Shown here piece after piece: positions 8,771 through 14,001 of a stretch of 14,001 nt of DNA. The translations under genes and the position numbers were made by a program. Position 1 is the first letter of the stretch. Every line of letters begins with the position of its first letter. The DNA comes from Arcobacter sp. (GTDB lineage Bacteria; Campylobacterota; Campylobacteria; Campylobacterales; Arcobacteraceae), in the NCBI GenBank assembly GCA_965662175.1, contig CBFIGT010000059.1, positions 1 to 14,001 on the forward strand, in the 5' to 3' direction. The notes under the pieces were generated by a model. It was not told where the DNA came from, ran no database searches, and worked only from the letters and a program-made list of their open reading frames with translations.

Positions 8771-8837
8771 TAGTTTGTTATTTTAATGAAATTTATAGTA
8801 AAATATTAGTTATTTTATTGAAATATTAGGAATTAGT

Positions 8838-9581
8838 ATGAGGCTTGTGTTTTTTGTGTTTTGTTTTCTTTTTAGTTTTTTGGATGCTAAAGAGGCTTAT
8901 GAGAGAAATAATTTCATAAGTGATTTTTCCAATGAGTTTGAATCTCAAAAAGTTGAGGTTTATGACCCTTTAAGTGGTTATAATAGAATTATGACAACAT
9001 TTAATGATAATGTGTTTATATATGTATTTAATCCAACTACTAAAGCTTATGTAAAAGTTGTACCTGAAACTGCGAGGGTTGGTTTATCAAATTTTTTCGA
9101 TAATTTACTTTTTCCTATTAGATTTGTAAATAATTTGCTACAATTCAAATTTCAAAACAGTGTTGATGAATTAGCTAGATTTTTAGTTAATAGTACTTTT
9201 GGTATTTTAGGGTTTATGGACCCTGCAACTACAGAACTAGGTATAGAAAAACACAAAGAGGATTTTGGACAAACATTAGGTTTTTATGGTTTTGGGCCTG
9301 GTTTTCATATTGTTTTACCAATATTAGGGCCATCTAACTTAAGAGATACTTTTGGATTAGTTACAGATGCTTATGTTTCACCTATAAATGATACAAGTGC
9401 AATTAATTATAAAATACCAAATGATTCTTCACAAACTATGTATATTAATACAGCTAAATATATAAATGATAACTCATTAAATTTAGGAAAATATGAAAAT
9501 CTAAAAAAAGATGCTTTAGATTTATATCCGTTTTTAAGAGATATATATGAACAAAAAAGAGAAAAAGAGATAGGAGAGTAG
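8838..9581 (+). CDS. mlaA: MlaA/VacJ family outer-membrane lipid asymmetry protein
   Basis: Motifs YDPLSGYNRIMTTFND, NFFDNL, RFLVNSTFGILGFMD, EDFGQTLGFYG and VLPILGPSNLRD. SD AGGA present. Confidence 0.95.
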   Translation: MRLVFFVFCFLFSFLDAKEAYERNNFISDFSNEFESQKVEVYDPLSGYNRIMTTFNDNVFIYVFNPTTKAYVKVVPETARVGLSNFFDNLLFPIRFVNNLLQFKFQNSVDELARFLVNSTFGILGFMDPATTELGIEKHKEDFGQTLGFYGFGPGFHIVLPILGPSNLRDTFGLVTDAYVSPINDTSAINYKIPNDSSQTMYINTAKYINDNSLNLGKYENLKKDALDLYPFLRDIYEQKREKEIGE

Positions 9582-9585
9582 GTTT

Positions 9586-10173
9586 ATGATGTTTAAAAGA
9601 GTTTCATTTTTATTTTTGATAATTTCAGTTTTTGCAGTTTCTATTTTTGCAATTGAAGAGAATAAAATCAAAGATATAATGAAAGAGAAAATTGATTCTG
9701 TAATTGTTATTTTACAAAAAAAAGAAGATAGTAAAGAGGTAAAAACCTCTAAGATATTTACAATAATGGATCCGTTTTTTGATTATAAAATAATGTCTCA
9801 AATTTCACTTGGAAGAGATTGGAATATTTTAACTAGTAAAGAGAAAGAGGAGTTTATAAAAGCTTTTGAATTAAAATTAAAAAATTCATATATTGATAAA
9901 CTTGATTTGTACACTGACCAAGAGATTGAAATTCACTCTTTAGAGAAGTTAAATCCTAAAAGAATTAAATTACTTACATACTTAATTGGGAAAGATGATA
10001 AATATGAGATTGAGTATAAATTCTATAAAAATGAGAAAGATGATTGGCTGATTTATGATGTTAATATCATAGGTGTTAGTATTATGCAAACATATAGACA
10101 ACAATTCGCTGGTTATTTAAAAAACAATAGTTTTAAAGATTTATTAGTAACTTTAAATAACTCTAAAAACTAA
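9586..10173 (+). CDS. mlaC: MlaC/Ttg2D family periplasmic lipid-binding shuttle
   Basis: Signal peptide ending IFA. Motifs FDYKIMSQISLGRDW and WLIYDVNIIGVSIMQTYRQQF. Lies 4 nt after the mlaA stop, with SD AGGAG inside the end of mlaA. Confidence 0.93.
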   Translation: MMFKRVSFLFLIISVFAVSIFAIEENKIKDIMKEKIDSVIVILQKKEDSKEVKTSKIFTIMDPFFDYKIMSQISLGRDWNILTSKEKEEFIKAFELKLKNSYIDKLDLYTDQEIEIHSLEKLNPKRIKLLTYLIGKDDKYEIEYKFYKNEKDDWLIYDVNIIGVSIMQTYRQQFAGYLKNNSFKDLLVTLNNSKN

Positions 10174-10180
10174 TTAATTT

Positions 10181-12634
10181 ATGAAAAACTTTTTTGATAA
10201 ATATATTATAAAAAACCCAAAAAAAGTTCTTTTACTACTTTTGGTAGTAATTGCTTTTTTAGGATACTACACAACAAAACTTGAAATTGATGCCTCTTCA
10301 GAAACACTTCTTTTAGAGAATGATAAAGATTTAAAATTAACTAGAGAGATAAACAAAAGATATGATAATAGAGATATTTTAGTTATTACTTTTAGTCCTA
10401 ATTATGATTTATTATCTCAAAAAAGTATTGATACTGTAAAAGCTATCTCAAAAGATTTAGAGGCCTTAGCAAGAGTTGAGTCTGTTACATCTATTTTAAA
10501 TGTACCAATTTTAGAATCACCCATAAGAGAGATAAAAGATTTAGTTGATAGGGTTTATTTATTAGAAGATAAAGAGGTGGATAAAAATTTAGTAAGAAAA
10601 GAGTTTTTATCAAGCCCTTTATATAAGAATGCTTTAGTAAGTAGTGACTTTAAAACTATGGCTATTGTTGCAAACCTTTTAAGAGATGAAAAATATTTTC
10701 AATTTTTAGATAAAAGAAATAGCTTAGTAAAAAAAGAACAAGATAAAACTATTACTAAAGAAGAGATTTTAGAGTTATCAAAAATCAAAAAAGAGTTTAA
10801 AAACTATAGAGATAATTTAAGAGTTCAAGAGCATCAAAATATTGTTGAGGTAAGGGCCATATTAAAAAAGTATGATAGCGAGGGGAAACTTTTTTTAGGT
10901 GGAGTTTCTATGATTGCTGATGATATTGTAGGTTATGTAAAAAGTGATTTATATATTTATGGAAGTACATTAGTTTTTATTTTAATTTTTATTTTATGGA
11001 TTATTTTTAAAGAGTTTATTTGGGTTGCTTTGGCAATTCTAATTTGTATTTTATCTGTTGTATCAACTTCTGGAATATTAGGTTTATTTGGATGGGAAAT
11101 TACTGTTATTTCATCTAACTTTATTGCGCTTCAATTAATTATTACTATCTCTATTGTTTTACATTTAATAGTAAGATATAGAGAATTAAGTGGAAAATAT
11201 ACTCATGCCTCACAATATAAATTAGTTATAAACACAATATTATCAAAACTAAATCCATCATTTTTTGCTATTATAACAACAATTGCAGGATTTGGTTCCT
11301 TAGTTCTTTCGGGAATTCATCCCGTTATAAACTTAGGTTGGATGATGAGTGCTGGTATTGCCATGTCATTATTTATTGCTTTTATTGTATTTCCTGCAAT
11401 TATGATATTAATGCCAATAAAAAGAGCAAATAAAAAATCTCAAAATAGTGGTTCTTTGACAAATGTAACAGCAAATATTATTGAATACAAATCAAAATAT
11501 ATTGTTATTGGAACTATTATAATAATTCTATTTAGTGCTACAGGAACATTTAAACTAAAAGTAGAAAACTCTTTTATTAATTATTTTAAAAAAGATACTG
11601 AAATATATAAAGGGATGGAAGTAATTGATAAAAGTTTAGGTGGTACCACTCCTTTGGATATTATTTTAGACTTTAAAGACAAAAAGATTGAAACTGTTGA
11701 TACAACAAATGAGTTCTCTTTTGAAAATGAGTTTGCTTTAGAGTCAAATGATGCTCAATATTGGTTTACACCTGATAAAATGAGTTTAATTATGAAAGTT
11801 CATAATTATTTGGAGAGTTTAGATTCAGTTGGAAATGTTCAATCTCTAGCAACACTTTTAAAAGTTGGGAAGGTACTTAATAAAAATGAAGAGCTTGATA
11901 ATTTTAAATTAGCTCTTTTATATAATAAATTACCACAAAAATATAAAGATATAATCTTATCACCATATATAAATATTGATAATAACCAAGCTAGATTTAG
12001 TATTAGAATTAAAGATTCTGATGAAAATTTAAGAAGAAATGATTTTTTAAATAAGATAAAATATGATTTATCTCATATTGTTGATAGCGATATTGCAACA
12101 TATAAACTAACAAATTTAATGGTTTTATATAATAATATGCTTCAATCTCTTTTTGAATCACAAATATTAACAATTGGTTTTGTAGTTATAGCTCTTTTTA
12201 TTATGTTCTTAATTTTATTTAGATCAATAAAAGTAGCTTTTATTGCAATAATTTCAAACTTAATTCCTATTGGTATAGTTTTCGGACTTATGGGATGGAT
12301 TGGAATACCATTGGATATTATGACAATTACAATTGCAGCAATTAGTATAGGAATTGGAGTTGATGATACTATACATTATATTCATAGATATAAAGAAGAG
12401 TTTAAAAAAGATTATAATTATATAAATGCCATGAGAAGGTCTCATAATAGTATAGGTTATGCAATGTACTATACAACCTTGTCAGTAATCTTAGGTTTTT
12501 CAATATTAGTATTATCAAATTTGATTCCAACTATATATTTTGGAGTGTTAACTGTAATTGTAATGGTAGCAATGTTATCTTCAGCTTTATTGTTATTACC
12601 AAGATTATTAGTAACAATGAAGCCCTATAATTAA
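10181..12634 (+). CDS. MMPL/HpnN-like RND-superfamily transporter
   Basis: 817 aa with two repeats of one TM, a large periplasmic loop and five TMs. Motifs TTIAGFGSL, LGGTTPLDI, IGIGVDDTIHY and TTLSVILGFSIL. Lies 7 nt after mlaC. Confidence 0.9.
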   Translation: MKNFFDKYIIKNPKKVLLLLLVVIAFLGYYTTKLEIDASSETLLLENDKDLKLTREINKRYDNRDILVITFSPNYDLLSQKSIDTVKAISKDLEALARVESVTSILNVPILESPIREIKDLVDRVYLLEDKEVDKNLVRKEFLSSPLYKNALVSSDFKTMAIVANLLRDEKYFQFLDKRNSLVKKEQDKTITKEEILELSKIKKEFKNYRDNLRVQEHQNIVEVRAILKKYDSEGKLFLGGVSMIADDIVGYVKSDLYIYGSTLVFILIFILWIIFKEFIWVALAILICILSVVSTSGILGLFGWEITVISSNFIALQLIITISIVLHLIVRYRELSGKYTHASQYKLVINTILSKLNPSFFAIITTIAGFGSLVLSGIHPVINLGWMMSAGIAMSLFIAFIVFPAIMILMPIKRANKKSQNSGSLTNVTANIIEYKSKYIVIGTIIIILFSATGTFKLKVENSFINYFKKDTEIYKGMEVIDKSLGGTTPLDIILDFKDKKIETVDTTNEFSFENEFALESNDAQYWFTPDKMSLIMKVHNYLESLDSVGNVQSLATLLKVGKVLNKNEELDNFKLALLYNKLPQKYKDIILSPYINIDNNQARFSIRIKDSDENLRRNDFLNKIKYDLSHIVDSDIATYKLTNLMVLYNNMLQSLFESQILTIGFVVIALFIMFLILFRSIKVAFIAIISNLIPIGIVFGLMGWIGIPLDIMTITIAAISIGIGVDDTIHYIHRYKEEFKKDYNYINAMRRSHNSIGYAMYYTTLSVILGFSILVLSNLIPTIYFGVLTVIVMVAMLSSALLLLPRLLVTMKPYN

Positions 12635-12671
12635 ATTAGTTATTAAAATTTGCTGAAATTTAATTTAATTT

Positions 12672-12680
12672 TGATATAAT
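12672..12680 (+). promoter_or_regulatory. Extended -10 promoter for the TolC-family gene
   Basis: TGATATAAT, followed by SD AAGGAG at 12696-12701. Confidence 0.7.
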
Positions 12681-12707
12681 CGAAAAAAATGTATTAAGGA
12701 GTATCCC

Positions 12708-14001
12708 ATTTTAAAACTTATTACAATTCCATTATTTATTTTTGGTATAGCAAGTGCACAAAGTTGTATTCAGGTTCAATCTAATTTTTCTTTTTCAGAT
12801 GAAGAGCTTATGAATGCTAAGAAAGCTTATGGTGATGGTGTTTATATAGCTAAAAGAGGAAAATATGAAGCCATTAGAATTGGTATGTTTCCAACTTATA
12901 ATAGTGCAAAAGATTATATGAATATTAATAAAAATATTCCAAAAACATCTGTTATTATAGATGGTTGTACAAATGATAAAAATCTTACAACTATAGGTAT
13001 TAATAATAAATCAAATACTCAATCAGTAATTGAACCAACTATTCAAGAAAAAACAAAACTAACTTATGAAGAGACTATTTTAGATGATCTTTTCAAGCAA
13101 AAACCTGAAGATGAAGAGATTTATGACCATTACTCCTATTCTAACTATTTTAAAAGATTATTAAGAGAAGATGAAGGGGTTGAAAATAGCTATTATGAAA
13201 ATGAAATTGCTAAGATTGACCAACTGATTAGGGAAGATAAGTATAATTCGAATATCTATTTTATAGCATCGTCTGAAATAAGAAGGGACTATAATGCAAC
13301 AGATAGAACAAAAACTCATGAAACAGGTGTTAGTTTAAATTGGGATTATAGATTATATGATGGCCATATGACTTATGTTTATGATCAAATCAAAAAAATT
13401 TCAGAGCAAAGTGCTCAAATCTCATATGAAGATGCAAAGAATAATTTAGCTGTTTTAGGTTCAGATTTATATGGTAATTTACTTTTTTCTCAAACTATTT
13501 TGAATGTGTATAATAATCTTTATAAATCACAAAAAAATCTATATGAAATAATATATGAAAATAGAAAAACTGGTCTTGCAACAATAGTAGATGAGATTGA
13601 TTCAAAATATGATTTAGTAGAATTAGAAAAACAAGTATTAGCCTATGAGGTTTTACATTCAAGAAATACTTTTATATTAAAACAAAGTATAAATTCAAAA
13701 AGTAGTAAACCGGTTTATATTACTCCTTTAAATATTACAGGAAGTAATCACTCTGATGAAGAGGAGAAAATGTTAATTATACATAATAATCCAAATATAG
13801 CAAAAGCACAAAATAGTCTTAAAAATGAAAAGGTTTCAATACTTAATGAATCAGCAAGAAGAATGCCAAAAGTTGATTTAAATGCATCTACAGGTTATTC
13901 TTGGAATAGGGACTTAGAAGAGAATCAAGATTATAATGGCTCTAATTGGAATGCGGGAATAACTGTTAACATACCAATATATGAAAGAAATGACATATAT
14001 T
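12708..14001 (+). CDS. TolC/outer-membrane efflux family protein with an N-terminal SPOR-like domain (partial; runs off the window; probable ATT start)
   Basis: Manual translation is open for 431 codons. Signal peptide (M)LKLITIPLFIFGIASA|QS, then a small domain containing YEAIRIGMFPTYNSAKDY, then OEP-like repeats: GVSLNWDYRLYDG, ENRKTGLATIVD, NNPNIAKAQNSL, RRMPKVDLNASTGY and WNAGITVNIPIYE. The first in-frame ATG (12810) lies downstream of the signal peptide. Confidence 0.82.
   Translation, partial: MLKLITIPLFIFGIASAQSCIQVQSNFSFSDEELMNAKKAYGDGVYIAKRGKYEAIRIGMFPTYNSAKDYMNINKNIPKTSVIIDGCTNDKNLTTIGINNKSNTQSVIEPTIQEKTKLTYEETILDDLFKQKPEDEEIYDHYSYSNYFKRLLREDEGVENSYYENEIAKIDQLIREDKYNSNIYFIASSEIRRDYNATDRTKTHETGVSLNWDYRLYDGHMTYVYDQIKKISEQSAQISYEDAKNNLAVLGSDLYGNLLFSQTILNVYNNLYKSQKNLYEIIYENRKTGLATIVDEIDSKYDLVELEKQVLAYEVLHSRNTFILKQSINSKSSKPVYITPLNITGSNHSDEEEKMLIIHNNPNIAKAQNSLKNEKVSILNESARRMPKVDLNASTGYSWNRDLEENQDYNGSNWNAGITVNIPIYERNDIY

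Noticed and set aside
12260..12445. 61-aa minus-strand ORF with a CCNCNC stretch, superficially like a RiPP or metallothionein
   Set aside because: It is antisense to conserved TM helices of the MMPL gene. The Cys codons arise from complementary ACA/GCA codons, and no modifying enzymes are nearby.
12629..12670. 10-bp inverted repeat AATTAAATTA...TAATTTAATT after the MMPL gene
   Set aside because: It is A/T only in a very AT-rich spacer, too weak for a terminator and plausible by chance. An operator role cannot be supported from sequence alone.
12756..12767. Lipobox at Cys20 of the TolC-family protein
   Set aside because: AQSC does not match the lipobox consensus, and the ASA signal peptidase I site just upstream fits better.
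5746..14001. Possible genomic island integrated at tRNA-Ser(GGA)
   Set aside because: I found no integrase or transposase and no duplicated tRNA 3' end in the window, and the downstream genes look like ordinary envelope genes.
10181..14001. MMPL and TolC forming a tripartite RND efflux pump
   Set aside because: There is no membrane-fusion protein in the window, the RND is of the MMPL type rather than the AcrB type, and the TolC-family gene has its own promoter.

Overview
Very AT-rich bacterial chromosomal window. Gene content, gene order and AAGGA ribosome-binding sites point to Campylobacterota, probably Arcobacteraceae (inference). The minus strand carries ilvD, then an htrA - OmpR-family regulator - sensor kinase operon (CprRS-like; the kinase runs off the left edge and is missing from the ORF track). 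The plus strand carries a consensus sigma70 promoter and a tRNA cluster Leu(TAA)-Ser(TGA)-Cys(GCA)-[cold-shock gene + terminator]-Ser(GGA). This is followed by a SelO/YdiU AMPylase, an AI-2E family transporter, an mlaA-mlaC-MMPL/RND lipid-trafficking cluster and a 3'-truncated TolC-family gene with a SPOR-like N-terminal domain (also missing from the ORF track). No mobile element, CRISPR array or integrase is visible. Most notable: (1) two genes appear to start at non-canonical ATA/ATT codons in a shared 'stop-overlapped SD ... CC-ATH' context; (2) the SPOR-like/TolC fusion; (3) a csp gene and terminator interrupt the tRNA cluster; (4) Mla components are paired with an RND pump instead of an ABC transporter. 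No database searches were run, so novelty is unverified.
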